A program made the translations under genes and the position numbers. Shown one piece after another: positions 36,902-45,865 of a stretch of 64,000 nucleotides of DNA. The stretch comes from a virus, in IMG/VR virus record IMGVR_UViG_3300032249_001164, positions 15,540-79,539 of that record. One strand, written 5' to 3'. A model generated the notes under the pieces. It was given only the letters and a program-made list of their open reading frames with translations, did not search any database and was not told the DNA's origin. Position 1 is the first letter of the stretch, and each line of letters begins with the position of its first letter.

Positions 36902-36958
36902 GAGCGTGACTTTTCCTGAAATCGGGTTGCGTGGTATCGCGAGCCCGCTGGCACTTTG

Positions 36959-36988
36959 ATTATCCCACACCCATAGGTGGCCTGTCAA
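36959..36988 (-). promoter_or_regulatory. sigma70-type promoter for the dNTP gene block
   Basis: TTGACA-18-GATAAT. Confidence 0.55.
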
Positions 36989-37086
36989 GACATTCGCCAG
37001 CAGGGATCACTGATGGCAGATCGAGGCGTTGACGAGCGGGATACGGGTGCTGGAAGAAAAAAAATGCAGTCCATGCCAGCCGTGAG

Positions 37087-37563
37087 GTGATTGGCTCGCA
37101 AAAACACGGAAAGGCTGTTTTCAATGGTAAACTGGTGCTGCCCGTTCAAAAAGAGCATTTTGCCGTGAAGCCTTGTAATTCCTTTCAGGTCAAGAAAATT
37201 TCTTTTGGCGACTGCGTAGCCTGGATATTACAGCTTAAAACTTTGGATGGTGATTTGTATTCCAGAACCTATAGACAAACGAAAGCCGCTCTCATGTCTG
37301 ATGGTAGACAGGCTGCTGCTATAGGACTACTGGAAGCTCGTCGTGCTCTTCGGGAGTGCGTAAGGCAGGCTGATGCCGAGGACAGCACCAAAACTATTTA
37401 CGATAGGTGGGAGACTAGGTGGTTAAACAATCTCCATAATTTCCATAGGCTTACATGGCAAGTCGATGCCGGGAATAACGCTAAGAATAATGCTAGAATT
37501 CTTGAGGTTGGGCTGACAGTTAGGCGGCCAGACAGTCCTTTTAGGTTTACGGGGGCAGGTTAA
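37087..37563 (+). CDS. Hypothetical protein (start uncertain)
   Basis: Isolated 158-aa plus-strand ORF. Confidence 0.5.
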   Translation: MIGSQKHGKAVFNGKLVLPVQKEHFAVKPCNSFQVKKISFGDCVAWILQLKTLDGDLYSRTYRQTKAALMSDGRQAAAIGLLEARRALRECVRQADAEDSTKTIYDRWETRWLNNLHNFHRLTWQVDAGNNAKNNARILEVGLTVRRPDSPFRFTGAG

Positions 37564-37633
37564 TGAGGAGTGGCTTGGGGTACGGTAATACTGGGGTGTA
37601 GGGTAATGTAATGATAATGGGGTAAGTTGTAAG

Positions 37634-37873
37634 CTAGGTTAGTTGTAAGGAAGGTGGTGGTGGAATGGGGAAAAAAGTTAGGGAGGGGGGTAACCGTACA
37701 CCACGCCCTCTCCAACCTCCCACCCCCCCTACATCCAACCTGCAAGATGTAACCTCATTTTTCGCAACCGCAAACCTATTAGACTTGACATACATTAAGC
37801 CAGATGGTGACTCAGGACATAGCATAACATATTGTTTGACTACATCTAACGGTGGTAGTGTAAGCTTGCACAT
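37634..37873 (-). pseudogene. Possible N-terminal fragment of an HNH-type endonuclease
   Basis: 'LPPLDVVKQYVMLCPESPSGLMY' resembles the N-terminus of phage HNH endonucleases, then runs into G/C tracts with no HNH motif. Confidence 0.35.
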
Positions 37874-37957
37874 GTTTGTGGGTCGAGTTAGGTTGAGATA
37901 GAGAGAGGAGGGTTAGGTTGGGCTGGGGCCTATTGCTAGGCCCCGCAATTCTAGGGT

Positions 37958-38560
37958 TTACTTTTTAGCGTAGAAGTCTCGAACTAATGCGATGCCACTA
38001 GGTCGCATAACAGCGAAGCGACCGGCCACGTTAGCCACTTGAGCTAACAGGTTAGTCTGACCGCTGCCTGTCAGAACTTGCGACCATTTACGGGCTTTTT
38101 GTAGTTGGGGCGCTGTAGCTAGGACCGTCAGTAGTACCGGGACTGGCAGTAAGCCACCATTGGCAGCGCTTTCGCCAGCGTGCAGGCGGTGCCCTGCCCA
38201 GTCATTTTGCAATGCCGCCCAAATGACTAACAGCAATGGATCATGGCGCCTTGGCGGACATACAGGGCCGTCTAGGGCCGATAAATCCTTTGGCGCTGCC
38301 ACAAAGGCCGGCTCACCCGCGATCTGGGCGCCCGGTCCTCTGGCGGGGAACCGTGCGGGAAGCTCCATGGGAACGGCAAGCGCTGCGGCAGCCGATACGG
38401 TGGCCGGTGACCAGGCCACGGGGAGAACCGCTGGCTTTGGCTTGGCAGATGCAACAACAGCAGACTGTCTCATTGCAGCGATCATCGCATCGAGCGATAG
38501 CAGCAGTCCAGAATCATCAGGTTCTGGCGCAGATACAACTTTCTTGGGTGCGCTGGTCAT
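37958..38560 (-). CDS. Hypothetical Ala/Pro-rich protein
   Basis: 200 aa; preceded by TTGCCA-18-TATAAT (38645 to 38616). Confidence 0.6.
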   Translation of the reverse strand: MTSAPKKVVSAPEPDDSGLLLSLDAMIAAMRQSAVVASAKPKPAVLPVAWSPATVSAAAALAVPMELPARFPARGPGAQIAGEPAFVAAPKDLSALDGPVCPPRRHDPLLLVIWAALQNDWAGHRLHAGESAANGGLLPVPVLLTVLATAPQLQKARKWSQVLTGSGQTNLLAQVANVAGRFAVMRPSGIALVRDFYAKK

Positions 38561-38997
38561 GGCATGGTTTGCTAGGTGGATACAGCTTCGCCCTTGTGGC
38601 CGTTGCTGCCCTCAAATTATAGGCGGTGAACCTGTTAGGTGGCAAGCCCTGGCAGCTTTTAAGGTCTGGCGGTTCGCAAACCGTAACATTAGCCGGCTTC
38701 CAGCCTTTGCTTTTTCGCAATTTTGCTTGTGCTGCCAACGTGCTACCTGTCACCAGCTGCGGCCAGAATCGACCAAAAATGGCAAACTACAAACAATCGG
38801 AGCCGTGCTCCAATTAACCTAAATCTCTTAAAGTCTTCAGTTCAGTAGCAACGGCGAGCCGCCAAACTATCACTACGCCAAACCACAATTCAATCAGCCA
38901 ACGTGCAACGTATAAAGTATAGCCGAGCGGGATAGTGAACATAACAATTATCGCGTACTTTGTAGCGCAAACCCTATGTAAATACAGTTTGATGTAG

Positions 38998-39354
38998 GAC
39001 CTGTAACCCATAAGCTGTAAGGTGTCAATCGTAACTTATGCCACGTAAAGTGCAAGGCATAAGGTGTAACTAGTAACCAGTAGCTAATAGTTTGTAAACT
39101 GTAAACTGTAAACTGTAACCTGTAAGGTGTAACCTACAACATGTAACCTGTAACCTACAACATGTAACCTACAACCTGCAACGTGTAACCTGTAAGGCGT
39201 AACGTGTAACCTGTAAGGCGTAACCTACAAGGTGCAACGTGTAACCTACAACCTACAACCTACAACCTACAACCTGCAACCTACAGCCCGTAGCGTGCAA
39301 GGTGCAAGGTGCAGGGTGTGGCGTGTGGCGTGTGGCGTGTGGCGTGTGGCGTGA
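38998..39354. repeat. Degenerate in-phase heptamer array (about 51 units, consensus AASSTRY)
   Basis: Parses without indels as aacctgt/aacctac/aaggtgt/aacgtgt/aaggtgc/ggcgtgt etc. Confidence 0.9.
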
Positions 39355-39580
39355 ATGATTTAATGTGTAAGGTGAATGGCTAAGCGAATGCAATTCAAGG
39401 CGCATACTGAGTGAATGGCTTTTAAGCTGTAATCCTGAATGAATGGTGAATGGCCGCGGCATGTAACATCAAATGAATGGCCTCGGCAGATAATATTGCA
39501 TGAATGGCTTTAGGGTTAAATGGGTGAATGCAATTTTGAATGAATGGCCTCAGGGTTGAATGGGTGAATGAATGGCCGCG
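39353..39580. repeat. Cluster of 15 (T)GAATG(GC) direct repeats, iteron-like
   Basis: GAATG at 39353, 39374, 39386, 39413, 39437, 39441, 39448, 39475, 39502, 39526, 39538, 39542, 39558, 39566, 39570, all on one strand. Confidence 0.85.
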
Positions 39581-39612
39581 ATACTGAACCTGCAACCTGT
39601 AACCTGTAGAGT

Positions 39613-40185
39613 TCAGGGTTCATCGAAAGTCCCTGGATCTTCTAAATCGTTGCCATCAGGATCAAGATCAGGCGATGGCAAGGCAGAAGGTCGATTCTTC
39701 TCAATTGCATTAAAGTAAGTGCTAACTAGGAAACCTCTTACCTGTCCAGATCCAGCCCTGAGCAAGAAAGGACTGAGAATGTAAAGTTTTTCCCCTGTTC
39801 TTGAGTCTGTAATAGGAACCAGTAAGTACCGCTCTTTTAGTCTCCTAATACTTGGGTACAATGTTTTTCGCTTATGTCCAAGTATTTCAGCAACTTTTTG
39901 TGTCGTTAACCTGCAACGTCCTGTTCTCCAGTCTGAGTGAATAATGTATACCATCAAGACGACAAAATCTTTATTTTGAAGTTTATTCGCTGAAATATCT
40001 AAAATTAAACTGCGAAGTCCACCAACCTGAAGGCTTAGGAACCTATCTCCATCGTCGGGGTCCAACCCCGAATCCTCAAGGTCCAAGCCTTGACCAATGC
40101 CGTTTTGGTATAAATTGATACCGTTTTCGCTGGATTCAGTCACAATCGAGTCATACCAAGGGGTTTGGGCTCTGTGCCGCAACAC
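39613..40185 (-). CDS. Winged-helix protein, RepL/replication-initiator-like
   Basis: 'DFVVLMVYI...CRLTTQKVAEILGHKRKTLYPSIRRLKERYLL...YILSPFL' wHTH; the repeat arrays lie directly downstream. Confidence 0.6.
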   Translation of the reverse strand: MLRHRAQTPWYDSIVTESSENGINLYQNGIGQGLDLEDSGLDPDDGDRFLSLQVGGLRSLILDISANKLQNKDFVVLMVYIIHSDWRTGRCRLTTQKVAEILGHKRKTLYPSIRRLKERYLLVPITDSRTGEKLYILSPFLLRAGSGQVRGFLVSTYFNAIEKNRPSALPSPDLDPDGNDLEDPGTFDEP

Positions 40186-40438
40186 TAAGGTACCACGTTA
40201 GATGGAACAAAGTCTATCCAGACGGGGTTGATTTTCCGATGGTACAGAGCTGAGATCCCTTGGTATGACAGGGCCGTTTTGCAGTCCTCTTAATTCTCTA
40301 TCTAATGTCTGGATCGGAAATTTCCCAGCAGGCAGCCCGAAGGTCGTTCTCGACCCCCTCGAAGGTCCAACCCGCAAGGTCGAAAGTGCAGCCTGCAGGG
40401 TCGGGGTAAGAGGCCAGCAGGGGTGGAATAGCCTGGAA

Positions 40439-41233
40439 TTAGTCACTATCAGCTTCTTCCAGGGCAATTAGCAAATTATCGACACCAAGGGCACTACTTT
40501 GAAGGCTCTTACCAACATCAGCAAGCTTGGCTGCAACATTTAACATACCAGGTAAATCTCTTGTATCTAGCGGTTTATCGTCATCTAACATTTTGGACAG
40601 TGTAGAATTCGCCAGTAATGCAATACGTGCAGCATTCAGGGTTAATTGCTGACCTAAAGCCTCTTGTTCTTGGCGATATTTCTCTAATTTACGAATATGA
40701 AGGTCATGTTTAGCATCTTGAGACTGTTTCATCTTCTTTACAAGCTCTGCCCTGTCGTAATCCTCGGTTCTACGCTTCCAACTGTTCTTTGCACTTACTT
40801 TACTTAGTGCCGAGGGTGTAACGTTGGATACCACTGAGATATATTGAAGGGAACGCCCCCCACCGTACATACAATAAAGTTTGAACAGCTCGAATTCCTT
40901 GTCAGTTTCGTTAGTAGCGAGGTAGCTTCTCTTATCCCAAGAGTTGCTAGAAGAGGTGGTGGTAGTTAGGGTGTGATGTACCGCGAGTAAATCTTTAGTA
41001 GTTGGGGGTGCATCGTCAGGGTCAACCTCGATAGATTCATCATCCATCAGGGCTTCCTCAAGTGCGTCCTTAAATGTTTCACCTTCACCTTCCTTAACAT
41101 CATCCTCAATCTCTCCGTATTCATTGAGATTTCCTGTAAATTCTTCAACTTCACCTTCGTCGGTGAATCCCTGTAGATCATTCCTTAAGGTATCAGCAGC
41201 TTCATTCAGGTGCTCAAAATCTTGGGGGTTCAC
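40439..41233 (-). CDS. Putative terminase small subunit (HTH plus coiled coil, acidic N-terminus)
   Basis: 'ETDKEFELFKLY..YGGGRSL...SAKNSWKRR..YD' resembles TerS-like phage HTH proteins; no TerS candidate next to terL. Confidence 0.5.
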   Translation of the reverse strand: MNPQDFEHLNEAADTLRNDLQGFTDEGEVEEFTGNLNEYGEIEDDVKEGEGETFKDALEEALMDDESIEVDPDDAPPTTKDLLAVHHTLTTTTSSSNSWDKRSYLATNETDKEFELFKLYCMYGGGRSLQYISVVSNVTPSALSKVSAKNSWKRRTEDYDRAELVKKMKQSQDAKHDLHIRKLEKYRQEQEALGQQLTLNAARIALLANSTLSKMLDDDKPLDTRDLPGMLNVAAKLADVGKSLQSSALGVDNLLIALEEADSD

Positions 41234-41304
41234 GTTGGGTAATCAGCTTCCAGGATTCTAACAACAATCATCAGCGGTAGTGTCGGGGTTTACGTTGGGG
41301 CTGG

Positions 41305-41517
41305 TTAATCAGCTTTTATCAACTTAACATCCTCTAAGCCGTAAGCCACTACCATGTCAGGATTCCGAAGGTAGGAACGTGTAGCCCGGAAGACATTTTC
41401 TGCACCCTTGAGAGTCTTAAAGTATTCATGGCTCCAGCGGCCCCTGGACTTTGTTGCAACACAGAAGGTTGCATCCTTCTCGACTTGCCTTCCTGATGGA
41501 AGCGTGAAACTAGCCAT
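41305..41517 (-). CDS. Early hypothetical protein
   Basis: Downstream of conserved leader hairpin A. Confidence 0.6.
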   Translation of the reverse strand: MASFTLPSGRQVEKDATFCVATKSRGRWSHEYFKTLKGAENVFRATRSYLRNPDMVVAYGLEDVKLIKAD

Positions 41518-41552
41518 AGCAAAAACAAAACAAGGTAACTAAGGTTTACAGT

Positions 41553-41579
41553 GCAGGTTTCCGGTACTCCTACAAACTT
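41553..41579 (-). promoter_or_regulatory. Conserved leader hairpin, copy A
   Basis: AAGTTT-GTAGG-AGTACCGGAAA-CCTGC. Confidence 0.7.
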
Positions 41580-41591
41580 ACTCATCAAAGT

Positions 41592-41828
41592 TTAAGCAAT
41601 ATCCCTAAGATGCCGAAACTGATGGTTAAAGACCATTTTTTGATCCAAGTCGTAGATCGTCAACGGGCCGAATTCGGCCACGAAAGACTGAGGTGTGGAA
41701 AAAGTCTGGCGATTACAATTTCCCACTTGCTGGCATCCGAATCGAAGGTATTTCGCAAACCTTCGAGTTTTTTTCTTGTTACGTGAAATTGCAATATCGA
41801 AATTACTGACAGCAAAGTAAATTGTCAT
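41592..41828 (-). CDS. Early hypothetical protein
   Basis: First ATG after promoter cassette 1. Confidence 0.55.
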   Translation of the reverse strand: MTIYFAVSNFDIAISRNKKKTRRFAKYLRFGCQQVGNCNRQTFSTPQSFVAEFGPLTIYDLDQKMVFNHQFRHLRDIA

Positions 41829-41851
41829 AGCCTGTAATGTGTAAAGTGTGG

Positions 41852-42066
41852 AGCCGGACAAGCTGTAACTTCCCCGGCTGATCTAATAATACCCCAGCGG
41901 CGCCATTTTGTCAAGCCAGGATGCCTGCAAAGTTAGCGGACTGTAACAATAATTTCCAGGGCTACCCGTGAGGTTAAGGGCCGTTTGCCTGTAAAACCAG
42001 GCCCGCCCCATCGCTTAACCTGTAGATTTAGCGATCACAACATGTGAGGTTGCGGGATAGTGAATA
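41852..42066 (-). promoter_or_regulatory. Early promoter cassette 1
   Basis: TTGACA(41914-41909)-17-TATTAT(41891-41886); GTTA-N8-TAAC at 41932-41947. Confidence 0.85.
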
Positions 42067-42088
42067 TACAAGCTTTAGCCCTTAGCCT

Positions 42089-42508
42089 TCAACCCATGAC
42101 CCGTGGGCTGTTATCGACAGCAACAAAATCCCTTGTCGCAACTGGTACGCCAGCAGCATCGTAATCTGGATGCCGGTCTCCATCTGCGTCTACGATCCAA
42201 CAATCAACCATGTGACATCTACCGGAACAAACTGGCACCATATACCTGAAAGTCGGCTTGCTTTTGTTAAAAATCCAGCCCTGGATCTCGTACATTAAAT
42301 GTTTACTGACAAATGGTGGCAAGCCTTGCTCCAGAATCCAATCAAGGCTTTGCCCCTTCTCTAATGCAAAACTGGCGCGATAACTGTTTGAACTACTACA
42401 AAAGTCTTCAATCTTTACGCCAGACAAATCAACAAGATACGCACTGCTGATTCCAAAGTAAAGACTGTCAGTGTTGACAACTGTGAGGCTTGGGGATGTG
42501 AGATCCAT
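42089..42508 (-). CDS. Early hypothetical protein
   Basis: 139-aa ORF. Confidence 0.55.
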   Translation of the reverse strand: MDLTSPSLTVVNTDSLYFGISSAYLVDLSGVKIEDFCSSSNSYRASFALEKGQSLDWILEQGLPPFVSKHLMYEIQGWIFNKSKPTFRYMVPVCSGRCHMVDCWIVDADGDRHPDYDAAGVPVATRDFVAVDNSPRVMG

Positions 42509-42627
42509 AATACAAAAAAGCGAAAGCGATGGTAGAATTGTAAATCCTGTAGACGACTTTTACTGCTCAACCTCTTTAGCTGAACCTGCATACTCCCGGC
42601 ACAACTCAATCAACTTTCTGCCTGAGA

Positions 42628-42993
42628 TCATGCAATCTTCATTGATCGAAAAGTGATGCACTCAGGCATCATGAATATCTCGCCACCTGCGAGCTGATCC
42701 CACCGCGCTGGGTACATAGCCTCCAGCATGTCCTGCCAGCGCTCCTTCGTGACCCTGGAAGGGCCCGTGCAGTACCTTTGACGTGCAAGGTCCTGGCTTA
42801 ACCTTTGAGCCTCCTCCCAGGGGCACAGGAAGGCATCTGGCGAAACCAATCCCCGTGACTTCAGTTCGTCCAATGTCTGCTTTCCGAACATGCAGACAGG
42901 AACGTTAGGGTCGGGACCTGGAACCATGAAACTGTAAATGCCGGTGCTGTACTTTGACTTTGGATCAAAACAACATACTTCAGAGGTTGTCAT
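42628..42993 (-). CDS. DUF1419-like protein, C-terminus possibly frameshifted
   Basis: 'VTKERWQDMLEAMYPARW...FMMPECIT'. Confidence 0.45.
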   Translation of the reverse strand: MTTSEVCCFDPKSKYSTGIYSFMVPGPDPNVPVCMFGKQTLDELKSRGLVSPDAFLCPWEEAQRLSQDLARQRYCTGPSRVTKERWQDMLEAMYPARWDQLAGGEIFMMPECITFRSMKIA

Positions 42994-43187
42994 TGCGGAA
43001 ACAGAATGTGTGGGGTAATTTCAAAGGTTGCACCTGGAAACTGATCGGCATAAACGCCTGACCTACAAGTAGCATCCTCATAAGTCACCCGAGAAGCAAG
43101 AAGCTTCCAGTTACCTTCGTCATCCAAAACCGAGAGATTATACTCCTCGTAACTAACGTCTAAATCCTTCATGAATTTGGGGCACAT
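42990..43187 (-). CDS. Early hypothetical protein
   Basis: Coupled small ORF. Confidence 0.5.
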   Translation of the reverse strand: MCPKFMKDLDVSYEEYNLSVLDDEGNWKLLASRVTYEDATCRSGVYADQFPGATFEITPHILFPQ

Positions 43188-43188
43188 G

Positions 43189-43371
43189 TCAGTAAATAGC
43201 TTTTGGTTTTGGGGTCTTACTCTTCCAGTGTGGCTTGGAAGAGCTAACTATCATGTAGCAAGCTCCAATACCAGGAAGCCAACCTGTAACCAACCTTTTA
43301 CCAGCAGGAAGGCGATCTTCCAGGCTCCTGAGATCAACCTTTCCTGCTGGCTTCCAGTTTTGCTGCTTCAT
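43189..43371 (-). CDS. Early hypothetical protein
   Basis: Coupled small ORF. Confidence 0.5.
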   Translation of the reverse strand: MKQQNWKPAGKVDLRSLEDRLPAGKRLVTGWLPGIGACYMIVSSSKPHWKSKTPKPKAIY

Positions 43372-43700
43372 CGGTTTAAGCTCCCAATCGCAAATGGAAC
43401 ATTCCCTGGATTAACCCCTGCTCTAAGCGGCCTAATTCTTTCGACTAGAGCCTTGATTCTGTCAATTCGACGCCAGTAACGTTCAGCTCCGAACTTGCGG
43501 TAAAACTCTTCATGCCTGTAATCATGACGCTGTGCGCTCCAAAGCCATAAAAAACAATAATGACCGTACACCTTGTCAGATATACGGTCCCATTGCTTTA
43601 AGCTCTCCATTTGGGCTAGAGAGTGATCCAAGAAATAGGAAAGTTCAGTGGAAACTGGAAAGAGTTGTCTCCAGCGTTCAGCGATAGCCATAACAAGCAA
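43368..43700 (-). CDS. Early hypothetical protein
   Basis: Coupled ORF. Confidence 0.55.
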   Translation of the reverse strand: MLVMAIAERWRQLFPVSTELSYFLDHSLAQMESLKQWDRISDKVYGHYCFLWLWSAQRHDYRHEEFYRKFGAERYWRRIDRIKALVERIRPLRAGVNPGNVPFAIGSLNR

Positions 43701-43718
43701 GCGAGTGGATGGTTGAAG

Positions 43719-44288
43719 CTAGGCGAGTTCACCTAGTTCAGTAAACAGGTAATCATTAGCCTTGATGGTTTCGACTACCTGCTCTCGGCTGGTTTGGTAC
43801 TCGTATTCATCACGCAAAATTAGCAAATAATCTTCAAGCAGCTCCTTAGCAAAGTCGGCTTCAATCTCTTCGGCTTCGTCTTCACGCTTGAAATCTGCAA
43901 GCCAGTCTTTAGGCTTCCAGTGACTGGCAGAAGGGTCAGCCTGCTGGGTTTGAGTTCCGTACCATTCTACAAAGGCTGCAATGTATTGCTTATGGTATGC
44001 AATGGCAGTTTGGAAAGTGCGCCATTCCTTGCCGTGATTTTTTCGTATTGACTTGCAAACATCAAGCAGGTATTCGTTAAGCTTTCCCTCGATTGTTCTG
44101 CGTTCAATGTCGAACTCTACAATCTTTAGCCCAATAAGCTCGGCGTTCTCGTACGTTGAATCCCGCCAATCATAATGTACGTTGACATCATGCAAGTTGG
44201 AGATTGCTGCCTCTTGAGCTTCTTTACTAAGCTCATCGAACCTGTAAAGCGTGATTAGCTTGATGACTGGCATGGCTGTAAATAACAA
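43719..44288 (-). CDS. Conserved acidic phage/mobile-element protein
   Basis: 'LYRFDELSKEAQEAAI...EYEYQTS.EQVVETIKANDYLFTE.G' recognisable family of unknown function. Confidence 0.65.
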   Translation of the reverse strand: MLFTAMPVIKLITLYRFDELSKEAQEAAISNLHDVNVHYDWRDSTYENAELIGLKIVEFDIERRTIEGKLNEYLLDVCKSIRKNHGKEWRTFQTAIAYHKQYIAAFVEWYGTQTQQADPSASHWKPKDWLADFKREDEAEEIEADFAKELLEDYLLILRDEYEYQTSREQVVETIKANDYLFTELGELA

Positions 44289-44310
44289 GGTGTGAGGGTG
44301 CGATAAAAGC

Positions 44311-44829
44311 TCAATTATACAAACGAAAGTCTTTGAACGGGAGAATACGGCTCTTTATTTCGTCAACCTGCTTAGCTAGTCTGTCAATTTCGTTCATATC
44401 GTCTAATACGGCTTCAGGCTCGTAACCTGTCTGCAAGATGCCATCGCCCATTTCATCGCCCAGGATACCGTTACTGATGGCCGCAACATATATATAGCCC
44501 TTCATGTACGACGTTCTGCCCTGAAACTGATAGCATTTATCAATCTCAAGATTTAGCCAGTAGGAGTTTACAAGAAAGTGGAACCTAAAACCTTCATTGT
44601 AAGACCCTGAGTCTTTATCAAAAAACAAGTCACAATCCCTAAGTGCTTGATCTACAACTGCAGCACACTTTTTTGTAAGTGAGCCGCTCGCAAGCTGCAC
44701 TTTTTTGCCCTTGAACCCCTCAAGCGCAAGCTTAAGCTTGGCTCTCGCTTCGTTAAGCTTTGCGTGAACAGCGTTGCGTGTTGCAACCTCTAACCTTAGC
44801 TTGTCAAGATAGGCTTGCGAAGTTTTCAT
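44311..44829 (-). CDS. Early hypothetical protein
   Basis: 172-aa ORF. Confidence 0.6.
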   Translation of the reverse strand: MKTSQAYLDKLRLEVATRNAVHAKLNEARAKLKLALEGFKGKKVQLASGSLTKKCAAVVDQALRDCDLFFDKDSGSYNEGFRFHFLVNSYWLNLEIDKCYQFQGRTSYMKGYIYVAAISNGILGDEMGDGILQTGYEPEAVLDDMNEIDRLAKQVDEIKSRILPFKDFRLYN

Positions 44830-44868
44830 GACAGTGTGATGATGATTTTAACAAATTAGAGATAAAAC

Positions 44869-45228
44869 TCAAGTATTGATCGTGCCATCCGCACGAATGC
44901 ACATCAACATCCCTTGCATGGTGCCTGTAATGCTGCCCTCAGGAATGTAGAAAGTTTCGCCGCCAACCTTTAAAGCCTTTTGTTCGTAGTAAAAACTATC
45001 AATTACCTCTGGTAGGGTTTTACCCTTGAGACTGTCGTAGGACAGTATCCGAACTGCAATCTTTGCCCACTGAGCGTCAGTAACAAAAAATGGATTAACT
45101 CTTAAATACCAGTGACCGGGTTTCATGTCACGTCCAACGTAAGAGCTAAAGTTGCTGCATTTTACGAGTAACTCGTAGGTTGTAGGATCCTGCCGCTTAA
45201 GTGCTGTGAAATCGCTGTAAATAGCCAT
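44869..45228 (-). CDS. Early hypothetical protein
   Basis: ATG at 45228, downstream of leader hairpin B. Confidence 0.6.
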   Translation of the reverse strand: MAIYSDFTALKRQDPTTYELLVKCSNFSSYVGRDMKPGHWYLRVNPFFVTDAQWAKIAVRILSYDSLKGKTLPEVIDSFYYEQKALKVGGETFYIPEGSITGTMQGMLMCIRADGTINT

Positions 45229-45268
45229 CGCTGAAATGAGTAAAGAATGAGTAAGATTGGTTTGGAGG

Positions 45269-45295
45269 GCGGATTTCCGGCACTTCCGCAAACTT
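45269..45295 (-). promoter_or_regulatory. Conserved leader hairpin, copy B
   Basis: AAGTTT-GCGGA-AGTGCCGGAAA-TCCGC. Confidence 0.7.
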
Positions 45296-45306
45296 ACGGG
45301 ACGCAA

Positions 45307-45516
45307 TCAGGTCCAACCAGTGTTTAAGCTGTAAGATTCGTAGCCAGATCGGCTAGACACCCACTTCCAGTAGTCAAGCTCCGATGTCCGACCATCGAGT
45401 AGGCAAGCCTTATGCACTGAGCGTGCAAAAGTTGGGTGGCCATCTTCGCAACCGCCCCACGTAGCCTCAAGTTCATCAGCAGACAGAGTGCAAGACATCA
45501 CACATCCCTGTGACAA
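45307..45516 (-). CDS. Early hypothetical protein
   Basis: 'HPTF...TSELDYWKWV'. Confidence 0.5.
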   Translation of the reverse strand: MSQGCVMSCTLSADELEATWGGCEDGHPTFARSVHKACLLDGRTSELDYWKWVSSRSGYESYSLNTGWT

Positions 45517-45616
45517 ACTTCGGCTGCAATGAAACGAAGCGCAACGTAGCTATCACAGGTAGAACCCGCGATTTGCCCTTTAGTAGTCATAGCAATAAAG
45601 CGCAAAGTGTAAGGTC

Positions 45617-45643
45617 GCGAGTTTCCGGTACTCTCGTAAACTT
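45617..45643 (-). promoter_or_regulatory. Conserved leader hairpin, copy C
   Basis: AAGTTT-ACGAG-AGTACCGGAAA-CTCGC. Confidence 0.7.
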
Positions 45644-45694
45644 CAAGGTTGAATCAGAGCATTGAAAACCTCCCGCAAGATGTAAACTGTGAAG

Positions 45695-45865
45695 TTGGTT
45701 GGGGCTTGGCCTGCAAGCTCCCCGACCTGACACCATAATAACCGATTGGCTTGCGGATGTCAAGCGCAAAACCCTGTAAAGTTAGCACACCGTAACAATA
45801 AAATTGCCCCGATTTTGCCTCCAAATCTGTCTCGATTGCCTGCAAAGTTGCGGGATAGTGAACCT
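45695..45865 (-). promoter_or_regulatory. Early promoter cassette 2
   Basis: TTGACA(45763-45758)-17-TATTAT(45740-45735); GTTA-N8-TAAC at 45781-45796. Confidence 0.85.

Noticed and set aside
38814-39462. ORFs 38814..39011 and 39253..39462
   Set aside because: They overlap the repeat arrays, and the second is a low-complexity translation (HTPHATR) of the heptamers
38998-39580. CRISPR or mini-array interpretation of the repeat region
   Set aside because: Repeats are 5-8 bp, degenerate and lack unique spacers of uniform length; no cas genes in the window
41553-41590. Hammerhead ribozyme (TGATGAG...GAAA on the minus strand)
   Set aside because: The core starts with T rather than C, stem II does not close onto GAAA, and the other two copies of the hairpin lack TGATGA
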